Shown here piece after piece: positions 12,865 to 33,592 of a DNA stretch of 64,000 nucleotides. This stretch comes from the human T2T-CHM13v2.0 reference genome, Homo sapiens. The position numbers and the translations under genes are program-made. The stretch lies in the NCBI RefSeq assembly GCF_009914755.1, contig NC_060929.1; one strand, given 5' to 3'. Under the pieces are notes generated by a model. It did no database searches. It had not been told where the DNA came from and saw only the letters and a list, made by a program, of their open reading frames with translations. Each line of letters starts with the position of its first letter. The first letter of the stretch is position 1.

Positions 12865-14390
12865 TTTACAGAATTAGAAAAAGCTATTTTAAAATTCATA
12901 TGGAATCAGAAAAGAGCCCATATAGCCAAGACAATCCTAAGCAAAAAGAACAAAGCTGGATGCATCATGCTACCCAACTTCAAACTATACTACAAGGCTA
13001 CAGTAACCAAAACAGCATGATACTGGTACAAAAACAGACACAAAGACCAATAGAACAGAATATGGAACTCAGAAATAAGAACGCACATTTACAATCATCT
13101 GATCTTTGACAAACCTGTCAAAACCAAGCAATGGGGAAAGGATTCCCTATTCAATAAATGGTGCTGAGAGAACTGGTTAGCCATATGCAGAAGATTGAAA
13201 CTGGACCGTTTTCTTACACCATATACCTCAAGATATATTAAATACTTAGATGTAAAACCCAAAACTATAATCCTAGAAGAAAATCTAGCAAATACCATAT
13301 AGGACATAGGTACAGGCAAAGATTTCATGACAAATGCCAAAAGCAATTGCAATAAAAGCGAAGATTGGCAAAGGTGATCTAATTAAACTAAAGAATGTCA
13401 GCACAGCAAAAGTATCATTTGTACCATCAGAGTGAACAGACAGCCTACAGAATGGGACAAAATTTTTGCACTCTATCCATCTGACAAAGGGCTAGTATCC
13501 AGTATCTATAAGGTACTGAAACAAATTTACAAGTAAAAAACAATTCCATTAAAAAGTGGGCAAAAGACATGAACAGACACTTCTCAAAGGAAGATATTTA
13601 TACAGCTACGACAATTACATATATAAAAAAGCTCAATATCAATTGATCGTTAGAGAAATGCAAATCAAAACCACAGTGAGATACCATCTCATGCCAGTCA
13701 GAATGGTGATTATTAAAAAGTCAAACAACAGATGCTGGCAAGGTTGCAGAAAATAGAAACACTTTTACACTGTTGGTGGGAATGTAAATTAGTTCACCCA
13801 TTGTGGAAGACAGTGTGGTGATCCCTCAAAGATCTAGAACCAGAAATACCACTTGACCCAGCAATCCCACTACTGAATATATACCCAAAGGAATATAAAT
13901 CATTCTGTTATAAAGATACATGCACATGTATGTTCACTGCAGCAAAAATATAATACCAAAGATATGGAATCAACCCAAATGCCCATCAATTATAGACTAA
14001 ATAAAGAAAATGTTGTACGTATACACCATGTAATACTATGCAGCCATAAAAAGGAATGAAATCATGTCTTTGCAAGGACATGGATGGAGCCAGAAGCCAT
14101 TATCCTCAGCAAACTAATGCAGGAATAGAAAACCAAACACCACATGTTCTCACTTATAAGTGAGAGCTGAATGATGAGAACACAGGGACACAGGGAGGGG
14201 AACAACACATACTGGGGCCTGTCAGGGGAGTGGAAGGAGGAAGAATAGCTAATGCATGCTGGGCTTAATATCTAGGTGATGGGTCGATGGGTACAGCAGA
14301 CCACCATGGCACATATTTACCTATGCAACAAACCTGTACATCCTGTACCTGTACCCCAGAACTTAAAATTTAAAAAATCAAATAAAAAAA
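12865..14390 (+). mobile_element. 5'-truncated older L1PA (about PA10-16) with A-rich tail
   Basis: ORF2 C-terminal fragments ([13 protein letters not shown]), 3'UTR and A-rich tail ending at 14390. Confidence 0.9.
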
Positions 14391-15222
14391 TCTAGATTGA
14401 AAATAAATACACATACATACCTTTCTAGTAGTTAAAATTAATAGGCTTTGCCATTCTGGAATTTAAAATATCTGACATTCTAAAATTTGTGAGTATAAAC
14501 TTGTCAGTATCTTTCTGGAGACAAAAATATGATTAGTTGACATTTTTAAAACTTAGATAGTTTGGAAGAATAAAAATTATTAAACAAAAAGATGATTCAT
14601 TGACATGATTTTTAAAACTTAGGTTGCTTGGAAGAATGAAAAAATAATTTTTTAAAAATTTAGGCCAAATTTATTCTGCTAAAGTGTTCAAAGGAAATCA
14701 GATCTTAAAGTGAAGATGATTCTCAGCTTCATGGTATATATTTTTTTGCTTCCCTTCTAAAAAGATGTATTGTGGAACCACAGATCTTAGTATAGGAAAA
14801 AAAAAGTCCAGAAGTAGCTAGATGACTTGAAGGGATAAAGGCAGTATACATTCCCCTCCAGAATATGAAGACTCCAAAATAGAATACAAATTATTTCATA
14901 ACATTTTATAAGAATGTTTTACATGAGTGGTAGGGTTTAAGCTAATGTTATTATGATATCCACACACACATTCCAAAGAAAATCATGTTTCACCATTCAT
15001 GATGAAAATATATTCTATGGAATTTAAGAAAGGGAGGTTATTGAGTCAATATTCTCAGGTTACTTCTGGACAAAGGCTTAGAGATCTAAAGTACCTTGTC
15101 CAATCTTTCACATACAGGTGCCAAGCCAGCGCTAACCCTGGCACCCTGGCTTCCTTCTTGGGACTCTTACTAAAATAAATTGTGTTTATCAATAAGATAA
15201 TTAAGAGACAGTGAACAAATAC

Positions 15223-15354
15223 CTAGAAAAGTTGTATATGGCACATGTGCAGGAAGGACAAAGCTGTGTTTCTACCGAAGATTGTGAATGTACAACAAAC
15301 CAGAACATAGATGTCATTTACAGTTGTCAGAGCGAGGTGTTATCTGACAGAAAC
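15223..15354 (-). pseudogene. Candidate pseudo-exon (132 bp, frame ambiguous)
   Basis: Acceptor gtcttcattttccAG and donor TAG|gtattt; each frame has two stops. Confidence 0.45.
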
Positions 15355-16336
15355 CTGGAAAATGAAGACAGGACTTTCAATCTAGATGGCTGGCAAATCA
15401 CTTTTAGGAACAGCAAGTGTGGTATTCAGCAAAATTCCTGCAAAAGTATTTTTCTAGATTTTTAAACCAAATAGTAGAAATTTGAGGAACAGTCTTACAC
15501 AAAAACAGAATAGAGTGTCAGTGATCTATTTATCCAAGAAAGTAGAGCCACTTTTAAACCACTGATGACAAAAAGGAATTTCTATTCTTTTAAAGATCCC
15601 CAGAGTGGAACTGCCTTTGAGAATTTGTTCCAATGTTTGACCACACATAAATCGTAGGAATTTTTAAACCCAAAATATCACATGATAAGGTTTAAGCCCA
15701 TTTGATCTATTAAATCAGGGTACGTTAGAATCATTCATTCCGTTAACCTTATGCTTTACTACCATGCCTACGTTTTCCCTCAGGTCTTTAAGTCAAATAC
15801 ATATGAGTGTTTATTTTCTAAGTGAATCATAAATACATATAGTTTTTGGTTCTGTTGAAACCTTTTCATTCTCTTCTCAGTTCTTTATTTGCAGTCTCTG
15901 ATAACACTCCGATTGCCATTTTTTCACGCATTCACTCATTGATTCCATGTATATTCAGTGCCTACTGTCTGATAGGCACAATATTTTATGCTGGAGATAC
16001 AAGAATAAACTCTAATTTCTGGCTTCAGTTTAAAACTCAAATATATGCATGTGTTTTTTTTAACATAGTATAACAGGTCTATAATAAAAAGCAAATCATG
16101 CCTGCCCTACTCCTTCCCATCCTCATTCTCACATGCCGACTTCTTAAAACACAAAACTTTCTTTAGCATATATCCAGAAAATTACACAATCCATACCTGA
16201 ACATTTCAATGGATTCACACAGTGACCAAATTCCGGTAACACATTAAGAAGTACAGTATGATCAGTTCTCCAAAGCTCCCCACTTGTGTTCTTTCCTAGT
16301 TGTATCTCCCCTCAGAGGTAAATTCTATCTTGACTT

Positions 16337-16967
16337 TTGTTTTTTTAATATTATACTTTGTTTTAGGGTACATGTGCACAACGTGCAGGTTTGTTACATA
16401 TGTATACCTGTGCCATGTTGGTGTGCTGCACCCATTAACTCATCGTTTACATTATGTATATCTCCTAATGCTATCCCTCTCCCCTCACCCCACCCAAAAA
16501 CAGGCCCCGGTGTGTGATGTTCCCCATCCTGTGTCCAAGTGTTCCCATTGTTCAATTCCCACCTGTGAGTGAGAACATGCGGTGTTTGGTTTTCTGTCCT
16601 TGTGATAGTTTGCTAAGAATGATGGTTTCCAGCCTCATCCATGTCCCTACAAAGGACATGAACTCATCCCTTTTTATGGCTGCATAGTACTCCATGGTGT
16701 ATATGTGCCTCATTTTCTTAATCCAGTCTATGATTGTTGGACATTTGGGTTGTTTCCAAGTCTTTGCTATTGTGAATAGTGCCACAGTAAACATACATGT
16801 GCATCTGTCTTTATAGCAGCATGATTTATAATCCTTTGGGTATATACCCAGTAATGGGATGGCTAGGTCAAATGGTATTTCTAGTTCTAGATCCTTGAGG
16901 AATCGCCACACTGTCTTCCACAATGGTTGAACTAGTTTACAGTCCCACCAACAGTGTAAAGGTGTTC
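16337..16967 (-). mobile_element. L1PA 3' fragment inserted in an older L1M relic
   Basis: ORF2 end (WKTVWRFLKDLELEIPFD...); TSD cttgactt at 16329-16336 and 16968-16975. Confidence 0.92.
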
Positions 16968-18652
16968 CTTGACTTCTAATACTATAGATAAGCTTTGCTG
17001 CTTTGGAACTTGAAAAAAATTTTTAGCTACTCTGCTATTCATAGACATTTGTGTAATGGTTTCAGCTTTGGGCTGTGTGAATGGTGCTGCTACAGTCAAT
17101 CTAACAGATTTCATTTTGGTGAACATGTGCACACATTTCTTTTAGGTTTATAAGAGTGCAATTACTGTGTCATAGGTTGTAAATATTAAGAGCTCTAATA
17201 GAGACTACTAAACAGATTTCTGAAGTCATCATATCACTTTATATGCCTAGCAGCAATATATAAGAAGAATCAATCACTTTGAAAAGTTTTTACTTCTGGT
17301 AGCTCACTTCTGTAAATAGTATCTGTCTATCTTAAAAAGCTTTAAAATAATAAACTTGTTCTGTTCACTTACCCTGCACCCCAGCTTATCTTTCTTCACC
17401 TTCCTCAAAAAACTAATGGTTAAATTATGTTTGCTTGGTTATATTTGTAAATTAACAATCTTTTATGTCTTCTTGCTTTGTCAACTTAATAAGCAGTTTT
17501 CCTTCTCTCTCTGTTACATGTAAATACAAGTTATTCTCTATATTCGTTTGTTAATTTCCATTGCCTATATTTTTAAATCCCTTTTTTAAATTTTGAAATA
17601 ATGTTAGATTTACAGAAACACTGCAAAGATAGTACAGTTTTCCCTATTAACATATTATATAACCATGATACCTTTGTCAAAACTAAAAACCAACATTGGT
17701 ACATTACTGTCAACTGCAGACTTTATTGTATTTCACCAGGTTTTTCTGCTATGTACCCCTTCTGTTCTCTTCCAGGTTCCAATCCAGGATACTACAATTC
17801 ACTTAGCCACCGTATTTCCTGATTTTCCTCTGGTCTATGACAGTTTCTCAGTCTTTCCTTGTTTTCAATGACCTTAATGGTTTTCAGTCCCCCAGGGTTT
17901 CCACCCCCTAATCTACTGCATATAGTCACTTCCCACTGGGTGTGGGCTGGACATGTGAATGTGATGGGATAGCCTCCAGGAGCCACTCTCACGTTATTGG
18001 CTACTCTAACCTTAGGTCATTCTGGGCTTCTACTGGGAAGGCTGGCTTTTACTTCCACTTAGGTTCCCCCATGGTATTACTTTTTCATCAACATACTTCC
18101 ATGTACTTTCAGACTTTGAGAAACGTGTGAAAGACTCTGATCTCCCCACGTACATCCACACTTCTGAGTTTATTCATTTTTGTGTTCCCTTATTGCTTCA
18201 GGAAGGAGGAGGAGAGGTAAGCATATGTGCACATTTTAAAACTAGCAACAAAGAGCTCCCTTTCAAATCATAACTTGCCACTGCCAATTCCAGGCTAACT
18301 CGTTAGCCTCATGCCTTTGTAGTTCTTTTTCTGTTATACCCATCTATAGCCAATGTTCTTATATGTGTATGTTTTGCAGTGGTAGTAGTTACAGGACCAG
18401 GTTTTAAGCCTGGCTCTGGAATTATCTGATATATTGCTTTAGGGGAGTTGCTTAAAATGTGTGCCTCGGCCAGGACATAATTAAGATTATTACTGTTGTC
18501 TACTTCACAGAGTAATCTGAGAATGACTTCATGCATTTTCACTGCCATTGCATTTCTAAAACTGTCTTATGATTTTAAAATAAGCTTCTCTGTCATAAAA
18601 ACCGTAATCAGACACAGAAGAATGCCAGAAGGCAGAGGTAAACTGAGTTCAC

Positions 18653-18737
18653 CTTCCAATGTTCCATCAACACATCTTGAAAATTCTTCATCATTCTCAC
18701 TGGTGAGTAATTCCTGTCTAACATCCAGAATGCTAGT
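18653..18737 (-). pseudogene. Pseudo-exon: TSILDVRQELLTSENDEEFSRCVDGTLE
   Basis: Acceptor ttcttccttcctggcccctaAG and donor AAG|gtgaac; open frame; entry phase 0 matches the 21410 exon. Confidence 0.65.
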
Positions 18738-21409
18738 CTTAGGGGCCAGGAAGGAAGAATATAACTTTCTAAATCCTGCCCCTTGGTATAACTTATTCTC
18801 AGTGTTGATTTCATTATGATTTCTTTTTATAATTCTGTTGACTAAATAAGAACTTGATGAATCATTGCATAATTAATTAACCGTGAAACAGCAGGGTGCA
18901 TTTTCTGGACTTTCTCAAGCAGGCAGGAAACGTTTTTATTCCATTTGTTTGATAGTAGAAAGGTGTCTCAATAGGGAGAGTTTTTCTTGCTATATCTTTT
19001 CATAGAAGAACTATATAGGGAGAAATAAATTATATCACAAATACCTCAGTTTTTATTAGTAATCTTTAAAATTTTTACAGACAATTGACCAAAGAAGAGG
19101 TATAATCTTTAAATGTTCCTTTATGTGTTTCCAAGGTTTGGATTAACTAAATGAATCATTTCCATCTTGGTCTGGGTTCTGTCTCTGGCAGAGACACTAA
19201 AGGATTATTGTGGGAGGGCTTGGTTGTTGTCCTTGCTTTTCATCTCAGAAAATTAGTTGAAGAGCCAAAATACATTGATTCCCTTAATATCCCATGTCAA
19301 TGTCAGCATATATATGTATATCTAAAACTTTCATATTAAATTTTTTTCATCGTTAATTAAGGAAAAAATAAGTTCTGTAAACCTACTACTGTTTATAAAG
19401 TAGTTCTATTTTTAAGCATTTTACAAGGCACAGACCAGGTGTTCTGTTAGTTGGAGTTTTTGTCCTTTTTCCTTTCATGTGTGTTTCCTTCTTGATTATT
19501 TTGTGCCATGAGCCCATACCCAATCCATTAAAGAGTCCTGAATTTTTAATCTGTTTTTATGTAGCAGGAAGCGTTGCTTTTATTCTTTTTCATCTTTCTG
19601 GTTGGCCCTCTATAAATCTACTAGCACCTTTTTATGGTTTTCTGTAGCAGAATAACCACAGTTGCATGTAAGTTCCAAGCTAAAGATATGCCATATCTTT
19701 AAAAGCAGAATAGGATTATATTTTCTGTTTTGTTTCTAGCACTATCTCTGAGAGATTCTGGCATTTTGTTAGCTTTTGTGACCACTGTCCTATGTTGGGT
19801 TCAGACATCAGGAAACATGGTGGCGAGCGCCCTGTCCTGGCCTCTGACTGATAATGGGTACTGTAGTTGGATTCCCTTCCCACTAATTATATTACTATGC
19901 ACACTGACTTGACCTTACCTGAAATGTTTCTGCCTGTCCCTATAGACTTTAGAACACTCCTTCTTACCCTGAAAAGTTTGATATTTCAGGGTTCAGAAAT
20001 GTTTACTATGGGCATCTGCAAACTGAAATAAATGGTAAATAACACCATTTTTGACAGATTCTGAGGAGGCTTTTCTTTGTGCTGCCTCTCCTAGAGATGT
20101 GCCTGTTTTTGTTTTTGTTTTTGTTTTTTCCTTTTAGTTTTTATCCTTGTACAAGTTATTCACAACAAAAATGTCTTCTCATTCTCTACTTTGAGTTTAT
20201 AAGGGCCATTATGGGCAGAACCGTGTTACTGATTTCTGAAAACAGATTACCACCACTGCCTCCTCACATTGCCTCCCTCCCCTGTTCTCCCAAAATTTGT
20301 TTAACTAATATGTAATATCTCTTGTTTTCCTAGAAGTTTACATTTACCAAAACTATTTGAATTCTTCATTGATCAATGAAAAGAAAGGGCTAAAAATTGG
20401 TACGATGAGAATGGAAATAGAAAATCAATCTCCTACCCAATACTCAATTTAATTTAAGACGACACTGTTTTGTTTTACAACTTAGTTTCTCCTGACCCCT
20501 TCGAAGCTAGGAACCTCAAATTGTCATTTAAATGTTCTCCCAACATTGGGTAAAGTAGTAAGGACTGTTCCATCTTATCAAGAGAATATATGCCCTTATA
20601 TACCTAAGCAAGTCATTCCAGTGCCCTGGAATATGTCTCCAAAGAGTCAAAACATATCTAATTTAATTTCTAATAGCTGCATTTTAAATCTGCTGCCAGT
20701 TAAGTTTTATGTTTAATCATAATCATCTATGTTCTTATCGTAGCTTATGTGAAAGCCTTTTAAGATAAAAAGTTATGAGCACAGATTTCAGAAGAGTACC
20801 TTTAGGAGACTACTGGTGATTGATGTTTTAGGATGACCTACGTGGACTATGTTCTTAGGCCAAGAGTCTTAAGCCCTTCGTGTAGTTTATAAATAACATT
20901 TATGTTCTGTATGTTGTTTGGTGTTTTATGATATCCAGACAAGATGCTGAAAATACTTGTTTTTTTACAATAAAGCTATTGACATTTTATTTACTTTGAA
21001 GAACTTAAACATCACTCAACCTTTTGAAAAGAACCATGGGAACATTTGATTTGGGGGCTTCTTGAGAAAGGGTTATATAAATGAATTGTATTCAATGAAT
21101 GCTTATTTACTGTCTTCTGTGTACAAAGCACTGTGTTGGCTACAAGGTTTACAGAGATAATATTATCCTTGATCTCTAAACTGCATGTAGTCTAGTAGAA
21201 GAAATAAGAATAAAGTAGAACATAAGAACTCTACGGAAGTACAAAGTTCCATGAAAACAATGAAAAAGGAGCTATTATTTCCAGTTGTAGGCTCCCCAAA
21301 GCTGTAAGAAGCCTGCATTTGCACTAAATTGTTGCCCTTTGTTGGCAGCCATCTCTATGTTGGGGAAGTAGAGAATGGAACATATCACATTTCTCTTGTC
21401 TTTTCCCAC

Positions 21410-21617
21410 CAAATCAAACTCTATTCTTTTTTCTGTCTTAAGTTTTCTGCCCTGTACAGTTAGTTCTAAAGAACTAATTTTGTACATCTGGAATTCCTCA
21501 TTAAACTGGATACAGGATATTGAGGATAAGATGGTTCTTAAACTTTTTGTACTTTGTGGACAAGCCAATAAATTTCTTTGCCAGTCAGCCAAGAGTTCAT
21601 ATTTTTTTCAAAGAATT
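21410..21617 (-). pseudogene. Pseudo-exon: IL*KKYELLADWQRNLLACPQSTKSLRTILSS...KTEKRIEFDL
   Basis: Acceptor tttatttcaAG and donor TTG|gtggga; 69 codons with a single TGA; entry phase 2 matches the 43537 exon. Confidence 0.7.
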
Positions 21618-22049
21618 CTTGAAATAAACATGAGGATAATTAAAATGCATAATTTTAGGAAAAGGGCTTAGACTTTTTTTAAACTTGAGTTCCTAAGTCA
21701 AGCTTACATTATTTACTGTGAAGTTAAGTGACAGAAGGGTGATGAACATGGGTGTGTTTCTGTGATGGAGATCACAACGATGATGTCACCTTGCTCATCA
21801 CTTTAAAAGGCACACCCTATTTGCTAGGTACATAAAACTTTGTTCTGATGTCCACTGATAATTCAGTGTCATCTGCTTCCTTTATCACATACTCACCCTC
21901 ATTCCTGTCCTATTTTTTTAATCATAATTTAGAGGGGCTAAAGAAGGGGAAATTAAAACCAAAGAAGTGTGAAGACCTGGAGTCGGGGTGAGGGTGTGTC
22001 AAACAAGGAGAAGGCCAAATGTCCAGCTGGTTCCACATGAAGATGCCAG

Positions 22050-23877
22050 GTTTTTTTTTTTTTTTAGTTGACAAACAAAACTTGAATATATTTATTGTGT
22101 ACAACATGACATTTTGAAATATGTATACATACACATTGTAGAATGGCTTAGTTGAGCTAATTAACATATATCAAATCACATATCATTTTTGTGATGAGAA
22201 CACTTAAAAATTTACTCAGTGATTTTCAAAGTACAATACATTGTTATCAACTGTAGTCACCACTTTGTACAATAGATCTCTTAAACTCATTCCATCTGTT
22301 TAACTGAAGTTTCGTATCCTTTGACCAACATCTATCTCTTTAACCTCACACTCCTACCAGTCTCTGGTAACCATCATTTTACTGTTTTTTATCAATTCAA
22401 CTTTTTTAGATTCCACATAAATGTGAGATCATGTGGTATTTGTCATTCTGTTTCTGGCTAGTTTCACTTAACATAATGTTCTCCAGGTTCATGCATATCA
22501 TTCCAAATGGCAGCATTTCCTTCTTTTTAAAGGCTGAGTAGTATTCCATTTGTATATATACCACATTTTCTTTATCCACTTAACCATTCATGGACACAGT
22601 TTGATTTCATATCTTAGCTATTATGAATAATGGTGAAATGAATATGGGAGTGCAGACATTTCTTTGACATACTGATTTTGTTTCTTTTGGTTATACACCC
22701 AGTAATGGGATGCAGAAACATTTGGTAGTTCTATTTTTAATTTTGTGCAGAACCCCCATACTCTTTTTCCATAATGACTATACTAATTTACATTCCCACC
22801 AACAGTGTGCAAGCATTCCCTTTTCTCCATATCCTCACTCTTACTTATCTTTTGTCTATTTGATAAAAACTATTCTAATGGGTGTGAGGTAATATCTAAT
22901 CGTAGTTTTAGTTTGCATTTTCTTGATTAATGATGTTAAGCATTTTTATATACCTATTGACCATTTGTATGTTGTCTTTCGAAAAATGTCTATTCAGTTC
23001 CTTTACCCATTTTTATTATGTTTTTTTTCATCTTTGAACAGCTGTATTGAGGTGTATTTGCTATACAATAATCCTTACATATATAAAGTAAATGATTTGA
23101 TAGTTTTTACGTACATACACACTTGTAAAACCACCATCACAATCAAGATAATAAACACATCTGCCACTCCCCCAAGGCTCCTGCCCTTTGTAACCTGTCC
23201 CTCCAACCATGCTCCCCCATCCTCAGGCCCACTCTGGTCTGCTTTCTGTCACTACTGACTAGTTTGCTTTTTCTAGAATGTTCTGTAAACAGAATCACAC
23301 AGTGTATATTCTATCTTGTGTTTCTTTCACTCAGTAGAATTGTTTGGAGACTTATCCGTGTTGTGAGTATCATTAGTTTGTTCCTTTTTATTCCTGAGTA
23401 GCATTCTACTGTACAGATATACCTCCATTTGTTTATCCAGTTATCTGTTTATGGACAGTTGTGTACTTTGCAATTTGGGCTACTGTGAACATTATGCATA
23501 CGTCACCGTATGGACATATGTCTTCATTCCTCTTGGTCTGTCTGAGTTCCATGCCTAGGGGTCTTTGGAATTGCTAGGCCATGTGATAAGTTCTATTCAA
23601 CATGTTAGAGAAATTGCTGAGGTGTTTCTCAAGTGACTGCACCATTTTCTATCTCCACCGTCAGCTTGTGAGGGTTCTAATTTCTTCACATCCTCACCAA
23701 CACTGTTACTGTCTGTTTTATGTTTATTATTTTTTGTGGCCATGCTAGTGGGTGCTGTGATATCTTGCTGTGGTTCTTATCTACATTTCCCTAGTAACAA
23801 TGCTGAGCATTGTTTGAAGGCCACGTTGCCATGATTACATCTTCTTTGGTGAACTGTCCACTGAAATCTCTTGCCCA
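22050..23877 (-). mobile_element. Nested old L1M (MA/MB/MC-type) 3' ends
   Basis: Poly(T) at 22050 and two successive L1M-type 3'UTRs. Confidence 0.8.
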
Positions 23878-29915
<6,038 letters not shown>

Positions 29916-31380
29916 GTGTGGATATTTGTTTTCCCAGCACTATTTGTCAGAGAGACTATTCTGTTCACATTGTATGTTCTTGGTGTCTTTGAAAATTTAT
30001 TGACTTTAAATGTGTGGATTTCTCTGTTGTCTATTGTATTCTGTTAGTCTATGTATCTGTTTTTATTCCAATGCCTTGATACTTAGTTTACTATACTTGT
30101 GAAAAAATGTCACTGGGATATTGTTAGAAATTACATTGGATCTGTAGATCACTTTGGGTAGTATGGATATTTTAACAATATTATTTATTCAAAGCTATGA
30201 ACATATGTTTTATTTATGTTCTTCTGATTGGATAATTTAATCTATTTACACCAAATTCATAGGAAAACACTGACTACTGTCATTTTGTTAATTATTTTCT
30301 GTTTTTTAGATCCTTTATTCCTGTTTTGCCGTCCTCCTTTGTGATTAGAAGATTTTCTCTAATGGTATGATTTGATTCCTTACCTTTTATCTTTTGGGTA
30401 TCTATCCGTTTTTGCTTTGTGATTACCATAGATTACATAAAACATCTATAGTTGTAATAGGCTACTTTAAGCTGATAACAACTTTGATCACATACAAAAA
30501 TTCTACACTTTCTTTCTACCCACTTGTGGTTTTTGTTTGATGTCACAATGTACATCTTTTCATATTGTTTATTTCTTAAAAATTATTGTAGCTGTTATTT
30601 TTAGCTTTGTCATTTAATCTTCATACTAAAGATTTATACACCACCATCACTATATTAGTGTGTTCTGAATTTGTATATTTTTACTAGTGAGTTTTATACT
30701 TTCAGCTGTTTTTGTATGACTAATTAGTATCCTTTCCTTTCAGCTTGAACGACTACCTTTAGAATTTCATGTAGGACAGGTCTGGTGGTGATGAAATCCC
30801 TCAGCTATTGCTTTCTGAGAAAGTATCTATCTCTTTCATTTCTGAAGAAATGGAATATATATTTCTTATTATATTGCAAATCACACACTTATACTGGTTT
30901 TTACCACTGTCTAGTAAAATAAGAAAAACTAAAGTTTATTTTAAATAAACTTTATTGAGGTAATTGCATTATGTGCATAGTTTTTAAAAATGTTATTTAC
31001 TCATATGACTATCATTCCAATCAAGACAGAATATTTCCATTACCTCTGGGAAGTTCCTGATTCCCTTTTCAGTCAATCTACCTACCATCCTGCCCCATCA
31101 TCAAGGAACCACCAATCTTAGTATTGCCAGTTCTAAATCTTCATATAACTGGAATCATAAAACATATGCTGTTTTGTATCTAGCTTCTTTTACCTAGCAT
31201 GTTTTTGAAATTTGTTCATTTGCATATATCATAGTTTAATGTTTTATTACTGAGTAGTATTTCTTTGAAATTTATCACAGTTTGTTTATTCCTCTGCTCA
31301 TGGATATCTAGATTATTTCCAGTTTGGATATATTATTAAAGATTTATGACCATTTGTATATGAATTTCAGTGTGATCATG
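29916..31380 (-). mobile_element. Old L1M fragments
   Basis: Degraded ORF2-like and 3'UTR-like motifs. Confidence 0.6.
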
Positions 31381-31654
31381 TATTCATGTTGTGTGTGCTC
31401 TCTCTCGCACGTATGCTTTCTCTCTCTCTCTCCAACTCTGTTTTCTCCAATACTCTCACCCACAAATTCTATCTTTATCTCCCTGGACTCTTATTTTTGT
31501 CTCTGTAACTCAGTAAAACTAACAGACTCTGATAGGGTTGCCCCTTTCTGTGGTGTCTCATAGAAATGACTCCAAGCTGTAAGCTCTGACAGTTATCTGA
31601 CTTACTTTGTTTGTCTTTGCTAAGGAATAATATTACTGGTAAGAAGTAACTGAG

Positions 31655-33187
31655 TTATTGGTGGCAAATTGTTGGGTCTGCAGCAACCTCAATTCTTGCT
31701 TCCTCAGAAGAAAGAATTTGACTGAGGGGCATAAGGCAGAAAAAGAGGCTAAGACAAGTTTCAGAGCAGGAGTGGAAGTTTTTTTTTTATTATTATTATA
31801 CTTTAAGTTTTAGGGTACATGTGCACAATGTGCAGGTTAGTTACATATGTATACATGTGCCATGCTGGTGTGCTGCACCCATTAACTCGTCATTTAGCAT
31901 TAGGTATATCTCCTAATGCTATCCCTCCCACCTCCCCCCACCCCACAACAGTCCCCAGAGTGTGATGTTCCCCTTCCTGTGTCCATGTGTTCTCATTTTT
32001 CAATTCCCATCTATAAGTGAGAACATGCGGTGTTTGGTTTTTTGTCCTTGCGATAGTTTACTAAGAATGATGATTTCCAATTTCATCCATGTCCCTACAA
32101 AGGACATGAACTCATCATTTTTTATGGCTGCACAGTATTCCATGGTGTATATGTGCCACATTTTCTTAATCCAGTCTATGATTGTTTGACATTTGGGTTG
32201 TTTCCAAGTCTTTTGCTATTGTGAATAGTGCCGCAATAAACATACGTGTGCATGTGTCTTTATAGCAGCATGATTTATAGTCCTTTGGGTATATACCCAG
32301 TAATAGGATAGCTGGGTCAAATGGTATTTCTAGTTCTAGATCCTTGAGGAATCGCCACACTGACTTCCACAATGGTTGAACTAGTTTACACTCTCACCAA
32401 CAGTGTAAAAGTATTCCTATTTCTCCACATTCTCTCCAGCAACTGTTGTTTCCTGACTTTTTAATGATTGCCATTCTAACTGGTGTGAGATGGTATCTCA
32501 TTGTGGTTTTGATTTGTATTTCTCTGATGGCCAGTGATGATGAGCATTTTTTCATGTGTCTTTTGGCTGCATAAATATCTTCTTTTGAGAAGTGTCTGTT
32601 CATATCCTTTGCCCACTTTTTGATGGGGTTGTTTGTTTTTTTCTTGTAAATTTGTTTGAGTTCATTGTAGATTCTGGATTTTAGAATAGGAAAGAAAGGA
32701 AAGTGTGCTTGGAAGAGACCCAAGCAGGTGACTTGAAGGACAGGCGTGATGTTTAATCATGATCCTAGGACTTTATAAGCTGGCCCCTTTCCCATGTTTC
32801 TTCCCTTAGGCTGGACTGCCTGCATGCACAGTGTCCTCCTTACCCTTGGCAGGTGAGCATGCACAGTGTGTTTAGGAAGTTGTGCACATGTCTATCTGAG
32901 GCTTTCTTCCTTTTTCCGGTCATATGCCTCTGGAAGGTCATACTCCGCCATTTTGTCTCTTAATGCACATGCCTGGGAAGTTGCTTCTCTTTGGCATCTG
33001 CATTCAATTAACACTTTAGTGCAACAGGTGTGGACCATCAGGAAATGGCCTCTCCCTGAAACCAGCTGCCAATTTATTACTTTTAGGGAGGCAATGTGAT
33101 AATTGCTGAACCATCACCCAACATTTCTAGTGGATGGGGGAAGAGCCTCCTTCTGCCCTGCTAATGCCTGTCTCACTACCTATAACA
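31655..33187 (-). mobile_element. MER50-like ERV1 solo LTR split by an L1PA insertion
   Basis: Minus strand starts TGTTATAGGTAGTGAGACAGGCATTAGCAGGGCAG; ttgactgaggggcataaggcaga motif at the other end. Confidence 0.7.
31779..32678 (-). mobile_element. Young L1PA (about PA2-4) 0.9-kb 3' fragment
   Basis: Near-consensus 3'UTR and ORF2 C-terminus, poly(T) tail. Confidence 0.93.
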
Positions 33188-33592
33188 GTAATAGTCATTT
33201 GCTATTTTATAATATCTAAGATCAATTGTTTTATGTATTTTGTGGGGTTTTCTAGTTATTGAGGAAGGGAAATTACTGTTGCCTTTAATCATCCATAGAC
33301 AGAAGTAAAATTCTCCTAGTTCATTTTTATAATTTTCATTTTTAAGCTCATATTTCCTATGTGTTTATTCATTCTATTTTTAAAAAATTTTGAGCACATT
33401 TTTCTTTCGTTCTTTGAGCATTTTTATAATACTCATCCTAAAGTCTTTGCCAAATTCACCATCTTGGCCATTTTAGGGTTGGTTTCTATGGACTGTTTTT
33501 TTTTTTTTTCATTTTCTTACACGTGTGAGACACCATGCCCAGACTTCTTCTTTAACTATATATAGCAAAATTTTGGTTTTTGTATGTGTAAT

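Noticed and set aside
19912-19975. Strong minus-strand donor CAG|gtaagg with a nearby AG
   Set aside because: Sits in what looks like an ancient LINE relic, and the flanking exons already join in phase without it
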